A stretch of DNA of 64,000 bases, taken from a virus. The position numbers were made by a program, and so were the translations under genes. This document shows, in pieces, positions 9,042-17,140 of this stretch (positions are counted from its first letter, which is position 1; each line of letters begins with the position of its first letter). Below the pieces are notes generated by a model. That model was given only the letters and a program-made list of their open reading frames with translations. It had not been told where the DNA came from and made no database searches. The stretch is from IMG/VR virus record IMGVR_UViG_3300041409_000267, positions 3,750 through 67,749 of that record. One strand, 5' to 3'.

Positions 9042-9791
9042 GTGAACAAGCACTATTTTGGTTACGGCATTGCGCTCCTGATTGTATTGTTCATCGGCGT
9101 AGCCTGGCTGCGCTCTCATGACGCCCGCCTGCGCATGGAAGGCGACATCCGCGTTCACGAGGAACAGGCCAAACACAATGCCGCAACGGTCAAGACCAAT
9201 GATATCGTTGTCGCGGGTGCGCAGAAGACAGTCGTAGCCGCGGAACAGTCGAACGTCGTCATCGACCAAAAGACCAAGTTGCAGCTCGCCGGTCTTCAGG
9301 CCCAGTTGAACAGCAAGCCGGATGCTGACCAGATCCGCAGCATAGTCCAAGCGGCTTTGCCAGGCGTGCAGACCATAGCCGCAAAAGATGCTGCAGGAAA
9401 TGCCGTCCTAGCCGTGGCCGACACCCAGCAGAACCGGGACGCCATCAATTCGAAAGACGTTGAGTTCAAAACCTGCCAGTTCAAACTCTCTGACTGTGAG
9501 CAGAAACAAGCCAACTTCCTGTCGATCATCGCCGCGAAAGACACACAACTCACCGCTCAGGCCGGCAGCGTGGCAGCCCTGAAAGACACGATTGGTGCGC
9601 AGAACTTGACCATCAAAGAGCAATCTCGGTTCGGCAAAGGTGGAAACATCTGGTCACGGACCGGGCGCGTTCTTCTTCCAATCCTGTGTGCCGGCGCCGG
9701 TGCAGGTCTTGGCGCAACTCAGGGCACCAAGGGCGCCGCGATCGGCGCGCTGACAGCCGGCGGAACATGCGCGTTCGCGTTCCACTTCTAA
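9042..9791 (+). CDS. Spanin-like protein (N-terminal TM, coiled coil, C-terminal glycine zipper)
   Basis: TM at the N-terminus, heptad-rich middle, AGAGAGLGA...GAAIGALTAGG tail; lysis context. Confidence 0.55.
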   Translation: MNKHYFGYGIALLIVLFIGVAWLRSHDARLRMEGDIRVHEEQAKHNAATVKTNDIVVAGAQKTVVAAEQSNVVIDQKTKLQLAGLQAQLNSKPDADQIRSIVQAALPGVQTIAAKDAAGNAVLAVADTQQNRDAINSKDVEFKTCQFKLSDCEQKQANFLSIIAAKDTQLTAQAGSVAALKDTIGAQNLTIKEQSRFGKGGNIWSRTGRVLLPILCAGAGAGLGATQGTKGAAIGALTAGGTCAFAFHF

Positions 9792-9794
9792 GCC

Positions 9795-10049
9795 ATGCCT
9801 ACCAAACTGTTTGAAAGTCTCAAGTGGTTCGTGAGAGCGATGTTTAGTGAGAGTGGGGAAGTTTCCTCGGCTCGCTGCTTCACGGCCTTTCTGATTCTTT
9901 ATTTCAGCACCCAGGACGCCTGGTACTTCCATCGCGTAGGCCATCTGATCGACAACGCGACGCTGTTAACGCAGCTCACCGTAATGACCGCGTTCTATGT
10001 AACGAACAAGACCGCAGCTGTCTTCGACAAGCCGGGAGCACAGAAATGA
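9795..10049 (+). CDS. Holin-like protein
   Basis: Two TMs; SE.GEVSSAR motif typical of small phage holins. Confidence 0.6.
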   Translation: MPTKLFESLKWFVRAMFSESGEVSSARCFTAFLILYFSTQDAWYFHRVGHLIDNATLLTQLTVMTAFYVTNKTAAVFDKPGAQK

Positions 10050-10309
10050 TCTCCTTCCTGCGCTCTCTGGTCCACGTTGCCAATCCTTACCGCTCCTTCC
10101 CCTGGTGGACGGTTACAGCATGGCTCTCATGGATTGCTCTCACTCTCGGCCTCTTCGGTGTGTTTGAGACGCTGGGCATGAAGCGCTGGCACGGGGCCGT
10201 ACCGCTTACCTGGGTGATCCGTGACGTGGTGCCACATCTGGTCTTGCTGGCCTTCGGCGTGTTCTGGGTAGTCCACTTCGTGATTCAGCACAACCCGGCT
10301 GCGAAATAA
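10046..10309 (+). CDS. Two-TM membrane protein
   Basis: Hydrophobic; ATGA overlap. Confidence 0.6.
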   Translation: MISFLRSLVHVANPYRSFPWWTVTAWLSWIALTLGLFGVFETLGMKRWHGAVPLTWVIRDVVPHLVLLAFGVFWVVHFVIQHNPAAK

Positions 10310-10312
10310 CTT

Positions 10313-10504
10313 ATGACAAAACTCCAGATTTTTGCCCTGCTCGTCAATCTCGCGCTGATTGTGCAGATGTTCCGCAGCGCTAAAGCCATGAACAATAGTG
10401 GCGGCGAAGATGCCATGGGCTCAATGGTAGAAACGCTTTTCTATCTGAGCGCCTTTGTGGTGTTCGATGTAACTGCAACGATCATCCACTTCGTCGCGAA
10501 ATGA
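10313..10504 (+). CDS. Two-TM membrane protein
   Basis: Two hydrophobic segments. Confidence 0.55.
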   Translation: MTKLQIFALLVNLALIVQMFRSAKAMNNSGGEDAMGSMVETLFYLSAFVVFDVTATIIHFVAK

Positions 10505-10620
10505 AGCCGGTCTGCATCTGCTCCTACGTTACAGGTCGTGACCGATTCGGCAGGCTGTTTGTCGATCGCAAGACCGAACCGAAGTGTCCGGAGCACGGAA
10601 CCAAGGCAACTGAGAATTAA

Positions 10621-10932
10621 ATGCGCAAACTTTTTAAAGCCGTAACCATCGAAGTTCTCTCCACCGACAACAAGCGCGTTCTGACTCGTCACCGGTTCGT
10701 CGCCGACGAGAGCAACAAGAAAGTCCGGTTCACTGAAGCCGGTGTCGATCAGGTCATCAACACCTTCGTGACCAAGTTCGAGATGGAGAATCCCGGTCAC
10801 AACTACCGCCTGGCCGAATTGGCCGGTGCAAAGTTCCGGCTCGTCTGGGGCGACCACGCTCCACTGAAGGCGCAAGAAATTGACCCTGAAGTCCTCGACG
10901 CGCAGAACAATCACGGTCAGCCCGCAGCTTAG
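10621..10932 (+). CDS. Hypothetical protein
   Basis: Clean ORF with phage-typical codon usage. Confidence 0.65.
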   Translation: MRKLFKAVTIEVLSTDNKRVLTRHRFVADESNKKVRFTEAGVDQVINTFVTKFEMENPGHNYRLAELAGAKFRLVWGDHAPLKAQEIDPEVLDAQNNHGQPAA

Positions 10933-10947
10933 CTCCCCTTACCTCCC

Positions 10948-13437
10948 ATGAAAAAACTCCTCGCTCTTCTGCTATTCGTGTCTTCGTTCGCCTTCGGTGG
11001 ATCGGTGACAGGTCAAATTACAACCGCGACCTCCGGACCCATCGTCAACGGCACTTTGACTTTCTCTTTGACCCAATCGGCAGTCCAGGCTGGTACGGCC
11101 TCGATCGCGACCTCAGCGGTAAGCTGCTACACCGACCGCGGCGGCAACATTGTCAGCCAGCCCGATCCGCTCGTCGCTCCGATCGTGACGACCAACACCG
11201 GCTCCGGTACGCTGGCTGCGGGAACCTACTTCACCGAATTTACTTACTACGACGCTTCGGGAACCTCATTGGCTTCGTTTGAGACGACCACGGTCTTGTC
11301 CTCGACCGGAACCCTTATCGTGGCGCCGCCAGTGCGTCAACCCGCGACGGCAACCGGCTGGAAGATATTTATTTCATCGACCTCAGGAACCGAGACGCTT
11401 CAATCTACTCAGACGGGCTTCAGTTCGTCTTATCAGCAGAGTTCGGCGCTTGCCGCTGGCTCTGCCCTGCCTTCGTCCAATACCAGCGTCTGCAAAGTTC
11501 TTTTCAACGACCAGTTAATTCCGAGTGGGACGGGGTACAACGTCGGGTTCGTCAACGCCTCCGGATCGAACATCTCAGGCTTCCCGCAGAAGTGGTTCCT
11601 CTCCGGTGGCGCGGCAGGCACAGTGAACGTGTCGAATGGGACGCCGCTGTATTCAGGAACGGTGCAATATCCGCAGGCGATTGTTTCGAGCCCAGGCTTG
11701 AGCGCGCAGCAGAGCATCAACGGGCCGCTGAACTTGAACGGGTTCGGACTGACGGCTGGAACGCTGGGGGTAACAGGAACAACAACGCTTGCAGGTACAG
11801 CGATTCCGGTTATTGGCATTGACCCAACTTCGAGCACTTACGGATGCTCGACTGCCCTGACGGACAATTCCACTTGTATGCAGGCAGCGATTAATGCAGC
11901 GATCAACACAAATACGTGCCTGATTCTGCCTTTGGGCGTTTTTAAATATGCGACCACGCTCAACGCAAATATTGGCATCAATGGCCTTTGCATGAAGGGC
12001 AAGGGGATGCAGCCGAACGTTAGCGGCAACTCTATTTTGAGGTACATGGGCAGCGGAGACGCCATCCTAATCAGCAATGGTGGAAACGCTTTTACCTTCG
12101 CCTCAAATTGGGAAGATGTGGTTATTCAAGCGGGAGCGAATGCCGCCAATGCTGTTCATGCAATCGACCTCTCGGAGTTCACCTTCAGACGTGTAGGAAT
12201 CTGGAATGATTTTCTCGGCCATCAGTTTACAACTGCATGGAACTGTGCAGGCTGCAACATCGGAGCATGGGATGGCTGGATCGTAGCGAATGCGACCAAC
12301 GCAGTAAGGCTTACCGATACCCCCGAAAGCCCTTCAGCGTCTCTGACTTTTCTCCATGCCGATACTTTTCAGGTTACGAATATCTTCGTGATTGATGGGC
12401 AGGGCAACAACATTGCCGACATTGCTGGATGGCATGAAACACAGAACGTTGTTCTGTTGATTGATGACACATCGAAAACCACAGGACTTCAGGCCATCTA
12501 TTTTGACAACACGCGCTCTCTGTTTAATGGTGCGATCGCTACTTATCCCGACTCTCTTTTCATGAAAGTCAATAATGTGGCCGGGAAAATAATGGCCCTC
12601 CACCAAGTAAATTTTGACCACAGCACATATTTTACAAATCAAACCGTTGCTTATCCGATGACAGTGACAATGGCAAATGCCAGCTCTGCTTTGTGGCTTG
12701 GGATCGGCGGGAACTGCTCGTTTCAGGGAGCGACGACGGGGCTTCTCACTTCATCTTTGGTGGCGCAATCTCAACTGAAGCTCAACACCTATGGGTATGA
12801 ATCCGTAAACGCCTCATTCGCGGCCCTCGGTACATTTGTGGGTGGCTCAGGCGCACAGAATACCCAATACGAATACACGGGCATAACGGGCAATGGAGGC
12901 ATCACGCTTAATTCGGCAACCAGTTTTGTGGCTGTCGGGGTAAATCCTGCCGCTTCTGGAGTTGTTCGAGTTCCAAACAATGTGGCCATTGCTGCCAGAA
13001 ACGCCGCCAATAACGCAGACGTGAACCTGGTATTTCTGGACGGCAGCAATCAGGTAAATTTTGGAGCCACCGCTGTTGATCCCACGGCCTTTGTCGCGCC
13101 TCAGCTATTTTCCACCATAGCAACCGGATCACTGCCGCTCGTAATCACGAGTACGACTCCTGTGCCAAATTTAAATTCCAGCCCAATCACACGTAACGCC
13201 GCCGGGACGCAGCAGGTAGCAACGCATATCGTAAAGGACACCTGCACATTAGGAACTAGCTGCAGTGTGACCCTAGCTGGATCATCGGTATTCACCAGCA
13301 ACGCGACTTACGATTGCTTCCCGCGAGATGCTACCACGCCAGCCAATGCCGTGACCGTGACCAGGACTTCAGGCAGCGCGCTTGCATTCACAGGCACAGG
13401 CACGGATGTAATCAACTATGTCTGCGTCGGCAACTAG
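10948..13437 (+). CDS. Signal-peptide-bearing tailspike/depolymerase-like protein (pectin-lyase-type beta-helix)
   Basis: MKKLLALLLFVSSFAFG leader; TDNSTCMQAAINAA...LILPLGVFKY...LCMKGKG is a beta-helix cap motif. Confidence 0.7.
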   Translation: MKKLLALLLFVSSFAFGGSVTGQITTATSGPIVNGTLTFSLTQSAVQAGTASIATSAVSCYTDRGGNIVSQPDPLVAPIVTTNTGSGTLAAGTYFTEFTYYDASGTSLASFETTTVLSSTGTLIVAPPVRQPATATGWKIFISSTSGTETLQSTQTGFSSSYQQSSALAAGSALPSSNTSVCKVLFNDQLIPSGTGYNVGFVNASGSNISGFPQKWFLSGGAAGTVNVSNGTPLYSGTVQYPQAIVSSPGLSAQQSINGPLNLNGFGLTAGTLGVTGTTTLAGTAIPVIGIDPTSSTYGCSTALTDNSTCMQAAINAAINTNTCLILPLGVFKYATTLNANIGINGLCMKGKGMQPNVSGNSILRYMGSGDAILISNGGNAFTFASNWEDVVIQAGANAANAVHAIDLSEFTFRRVGIWNDFLGHQFTTAWNCAGCNIGAWDGWIVANATNAVRLTDTPESPSASLTFLHADTFQVTNIFVIDGQGNNIADIAGWHETQNVVLLIDDTSKTTGLQAIYFDNTRSLFNGAIATYPDSLFMKVNNVAGKIMALHQVNFDHSTYFTNQTVAYPMTVTMANASSALWLGIGGNCSFQGATTGLLTSSLVAQSQLKLNTYGYESVNASFAALGTFVGGSGAQNTQYEYTGITGNGGITLNSATSFVAVGVNPAASGVVRVPNNVAIAARNAANNADVNLVFLDGSNQVNFGATAVDPTAFVAPQLFSTIATGSLPLVITSTTPVPNLNSSPITRNAAGTQQVATHIVKDTCTLGTSCSVTLAGSSVFTSNATYDCFPRDATTPANAVTVTRTSGSALAFTGTGTDVINYVCVGN

Positions 13438-14117
13438 AGCTTGCAGAAGGCTTGTATCTCATGGACGGGGCGGACGAACCGAGCGGCCGAGCGCAGGAAG
13501 TTGTACAACCTCATGCCGCCATTGAATCGTACGGCCAGTTCAGCGGCGAAACGGTCATAGCCAGAGGGCTTAACTTCGCAACTGAGAACTACCAATTTGC
13601 AGGCAGCAAGGAAATTATGAAATGTCTGGACATTCCACGAATATAGATGATGGTTTGGGTTTTTGGCAGAGTAGGTTTTGAGGGCGCGCTCAAGGGGCAC
13701 CACGAGGATCACCAGTCCGCTTGATTTTGCGACTCGCCTCATTTCGGCAACAGCAGACGCGGGATCGGAAAGATGCTCAAGAACGTGAGAGCAGATAATC
13801 CTGTCGATACTGCGATCAGCAATTCCGGAAAGATCAGACATGAACTCGATGCCGGTGGCCTGCAGACCGGCAGCGTAGGCACTAGAAATGTCAACGCCAA
13901 TGCGCCGTTTCACGTTCAGTCCGAGAATATTCCAGCCGGGCCCAACGCCGTATTCCAAGACGCTTCCGTTGTGTTGCATGTAACTACAAAACTTTGATGC
14001 GCGGTATTTCGTAATCAGTTCGGCGGCTTCTGGGGTAACAGCATGAACGGTTTCATGGTAGCCAGCAGATGAGTAAATCAGGTCGTTCGCTTGCATAGGT
14101 TGCACATTATACCCCAA
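13434..14117 (-). CDS. Class I SAM-dependent methyltransferase (antisense moron; start may be 14096)
   Basis: VLEYGVGPG motif I, GVDIS, ICSHVLEHLSDP, HHLYSW. Confidence 0.9.
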   Translation of the reverse strand: MGYNVQPMQANDLIYSSAGYHETVHAVTPEAAELITKYRASKFCSYMQHNGSVLEYGVGPGWNILGLNVKRRIGVDISSAYAAGLQATGIEFMSDLSGIADRSIDRIICSHVLEHLSDPASAVAEMRRVAKSSGLVILVVPLERALKTYSAKNPNHHLYSWNVQTFHNFLAACKLVVLSCEVKPSGYDRFAAELAVRFNGGMRLYNFLRSAARFVRPVHEIQAFCKL

Positions 14118-14247
14118 CTTTTATCTGGCCTTTTGACGCCCACGCCCGGAACAGGCAGTTTCTCCCTGCCCGCCCGGAACTAGAACCGCAAACCTTAATT
14201 AAATTCTTACCCTCCAGAAAGACTACTCGGCCACTGGCCGCAAACCT

Positions 14248-14583
14248 ATGAACCCACCGTCACCACAGACATTCTTTACCGAGCACATCAAGCCGCACGC
14301 GCCAACCTACATAACCTCGGTCGCAACAAGCTTGCTGTTTCTCTCGACCATGATCTTCAACTATTCCGGCCAGTCTCAGCATGCCAAAGACGTCCAGATA
14401 TCGCAGGGCACAGCGATAGAACAGAACCGCGAGCAGATCAAAAGCCTTCAGGACCAACTCAACAAAGAGGGAAGCGTGGTAGCGGTCATCGGCCAGTTCA
14501 AGGAAGATACCACCAAGCGGCTTGACCGCATCGAGAGCTTGATATTGCGCGACATTCACTTGAACCAGCAACCGGCGCACTAA
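14248..14583 (+). CDS. TM plus coiled-coil protein (holin-like)
   Basis: One TM followed by heptads ending RLDRIESLI. Confidence 0.6.
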   Translation: MNPPSPQTFFTEHIKPHAPTYITSVATSLLFLSTMIFNYSGQSQHAKDVQISQGTAIEQNREQIKSLQDQLNKEGSVVAVIGQFKEDTTKRLDRIESLILRDIHLNQQPAH

Positions 14584-14662
14584 GGCCCCAAACACTCTGC
14601 TTTACTCAATTCGCGTACAATTACACCATCCCCCAGACAAAAGGAACACGGGCCCCATTAAC

Positions 14663-16183
14663 ATGAAAAAGATCCTCCTCTCCATCCTCGCTGTAGTGTG
14701 TTCATTCACAGCAGCTACCGCTCAGGCTCCCTCAGCCGGCGGCCGTATTCTCGTTTCGCGTTACGGCGCGTACCAACTCCGCGGCGGCTCGACAGTAGCT
14801 TCCGGTGCAGCCACCATCTCTTTCCCAAGTTCTCAGTACTGCCAGGTGGCCGTCGGCCAGCAGACGATCATCCCCATCGCGACGACTATTCCCTTGAAGA
14901 TCGTCGACGACACCAGCGCGAACACCGAGACCGTGACGCCTTCGGCAGTCTCAGTCAGTGCCGGTGTGTGCAGCTTCACCGCTACCTTCTCGAACGCTCA
15001 CAACTCTTTCTATGTGACATCAGGAACCGGCGGGTTACAGGAAGCGATGCTTAACAACCCGAACGGTGGCGTATTTCTTCTCGACCAGAACTCGACCACG
15101 ACCGACGCAAATATCAAAGCGGCAACCTCTTTCAATCCGTCTATGGTGGTTGAAGACTTTCGCGGCTCGGTCAACGCAGGCGCAGGACAGCCGATTTATT
15201 GGCGCATGAATCCTAGTGCGGTTACTCCTCTGGCAACTCCGACTCCAGCCCCGCTGCCCACTACCACGACCGGCGCGCTGACCTCAAACGCTTACAAAGT
15301 AACGACCGCTTACGTCGATTGCCTGGGTGGGGTTAGCCTTGACTCGGCTGAATCTCTCGCGACCGCGACGACTACCGGTGTGGTGATTCCGTCACCTGCA
15401 GCCAAGACTGGCGCCTGTGGCTGGTTGCCGCGTATCTCAAGCGCTGGTGGAACCGGTGACGAGACGCTGGCGGCATCGCCTCTGCTCAATTCTGTATGCT
15501 CGCTATCGAGTACTGAGACGGTGATACCGGCATGCGCGATCGGCTCGGCTGCAACGATCATTGCCAATCCGACGACCACGGCAAAGCCAAGCGTTGAAGC
15601 CAATGCTTTTGCAACGTACACGCTACAATCTTTCAACTCCCTGCCGCCTCCGGTAGTGACGAGCTATCCGTTCGGTGTCTTTGTCGCGACCGCAACATTG
15701 AATTCCTCAAACGCTGATGCCGCGCAGCTCGGTCCATTCCCGGCTGGCTACTTCAATAAGCTCGGTGGAACCTGGAAACTTTGCGTCAAGGGTGGAACCG
15801 CCACTCAGGTCGCTAGTTCGTTGCTTACGGTAAACATCAAAATTGCTAACGAGTACGCGCAGTCTCCGGTGACGATCTCTTCTTTGGCATTCCCAACGCA
15901 GACACAGGCCGCGGCTGGAACATTTCAAGGATGTTTGCAGTTCCAGACCTCAACGACAGGTGCAAGCGGCAAGTTCTGGGCTTCGACTCCTGACGGGCCC
16001 TGGGTGGACTTCCTGAATACGGCTCCGGCAACGCAGGTGGTCACGGCTGACGCATCGGCGGCGGCATCGTCCGCGGTCGACCTTACCAAAACCAGTTACC
16101 TGAGCATTAACCTTCAGGCAGCGAACGCCAACAATATTACGGTGCCCATCGTAAACTCAGTGTCTTTGGTTCAAATCCAGTAA
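14663..16183 (+). CDS. Signal-peptide-bearing beta-rich virion-associated protein
   Basis: MKKILLSILAVVCSFTAATA|QA leader; Ser/Thr/Ala-rich with multiple Cys; SGTGGLQEA motif. Confidence 0.7.
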   Translation: MKKILLSILAVVCSFTAATAQAPSAGGRILVSRYGAYQLRGGSTVASGAATISFPSSQYCQVAVGQQTIIPIATTIPLKIVDDTSANTETVTPSAVSVSAGVCSFTATFSNAHNSFYVTSGTGGLQEAMLNNPNGGVFLLDQNSTTTDANIKAATSFNPSMVVEDFRGSVNAGAGQPIYWRMNPSAVTPLATPTPAPLPTTTTGALTSNAYKVTTAYVDCLGGVSLDSAESLATATTTGVVIPSPAAKTGACGWLPRISSAGGTGDETLAASPLLNSVCSLSSTETVIPACAIGSAATIIANPTTTAKPSVEANAFATYTLQSFNSLPPPVVTSYPFGVFVATATLNSSNADAAQLGPFPAGYFNKLGGTWKLCVKGGTATQVASSLLTVNIKIANEYAQSPVTISSLAFPTQTQAAAGTFQGCLQFQTSTTGASGKFWASTPDGPWVDFLNTAPATQVVTADASAAASSAVDLTKTSYLSINLQAANANNITVPIVNSVSLVQIQ

Positions 16184-16210
16184 TCACATTTTCGAGCACG
16201 TCTCCTTACC

Positions 16211-16238
16211 GGGGGCCAGAGATGGCTCCCGTTTTTAT
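16211..16238 (+). terminator. Rho-independent terminator
   Basis: gggggcca-gaga-tggctccc-gtttttatt. Confidence 0.75.
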
Positions 16239-16256
16239 TGCCCCAAGGATCCATCC

Positions 16257-16388
16257 ATGCCACCGATGAACGCCACAACGACCTCAGCTCCTTTGCAGCT
16301 TGAGGCCGTGAACAAACTCCCGAAGAGCGCACCCAAGAAAAAGAAAACCATGGGCCAGCGTTTGATGGGAACGAAGGACAGCTACTAA
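16257..16388 (+). CDS. Small basic protein (43 aa, not in the ORF track)
   Basis: AAGGA RBS; MPPMNATTTSAPLQLEAVNKLPKSAPKKKKTMGQRLMGTKDSY. Confidence 0.6.
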   Translation: MPPMNATTTSAPLQLEAVNKLPKSAPKKKKTMGQRLMGTKDSY

Positions 16389-16392
16389 CCCC

Positions 16393-16758
16393 ATGCCCAA
16401 AACTACGCTTTACACCATGAACGCCGCTGCCGGTGCCTTTACGGCAATCCCGGCCACGATTCCTTGCCGGTACGTTGAGATCCGCGAAGACGAGTCAGTC
16501 GCGGCGCAAGGCTTGATCTACCAGCGTCCCAACCTTGACCGCACATTCTCCGTCACTGAGACAGTTGGAACTCCGGGGAGCCCGGACCAACCGCAGATCA
16601 TCCTCGGCAACAAGCTGGCGTCCGGCAACGCGAAGAGTGCTCTACTCGGCCTGCCAGCCCAGAACTCCGGCGGCTCTGCAATTCCGGCAACCACTATTTT
16701 GCAGATCAAGTCGAAGGGCGCAGGCGCGAACGTGATTCGCGTGATTGAACACGAATAA
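16393..16758 (+). CDS. Putative structural protein
   Basis: Beta-rich ORF in the late operon. Confidence 0.65.
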   Translation: MPKTTLYTMNAAAGAFTAIPATIPCRYVEIREDESVAAQGLIYQRPNLDRTFSVTETVGTPGSPDQPQIILGNKLASGNAKSALLGLPAQNSGGSAIPATTILQIKSKGAGANVIRVIEHE

Positions 16759-16765
16759 AGTCTCA

Positions 16766-17119
16766 ATGCGCTACTTCCCCTTTGTCACTCGCAGCCATCA
16801 CGAAGACATGGTTGCCGAACTACGCAGCCAGCTCGCGGCCAAAGAATCCGAGCGCCAGAAGTTTATCGACATCCTCGCGCAGATGGGCTGGGGCGTAAAA
16901 GTCTTTGGCTCTGACGACCAGCCGGAAATCGAAGAGACACCGGAACAAGCGCAAGCCAGTACGCCGACGGTGCCACTCTCTCGCATGCGGCCCAGCCAGG
17001 CAGCGCGCGTCATCAGCCATCAGAAGCAGCGCGATTACGACGAAAAGTTAAAGACCGTCCGCAGGGACGAAGTACTTCAAGGCGTAGCCGCCATCATCGG
17101 CGACAAATTAGCTCGGTAA
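16766..17119 (+). CDS. Hypothetical protein upstream of portal
   Basis: Coiled-coil ORF. Confidence 0.65.
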   Translation: MRYFPFVTRSHHEDMVAELRSQLAAKESERQKFIDILAQMGWGVKVFGSDDQPEIEETPEQAQASTPTVPLSRMRPSQAARVISHQKQRDYDEKLKTVRRDEVLQGVAAIIGDKLAR

Positions 17120-17140
17120 CAAGAAAAACCCTCATAACTC

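Noticed and set aside
14143-14180. CGCCCGGAAC direct repeat around a hairpin
   Set aside because: Only two copies; too short to call an array or operator
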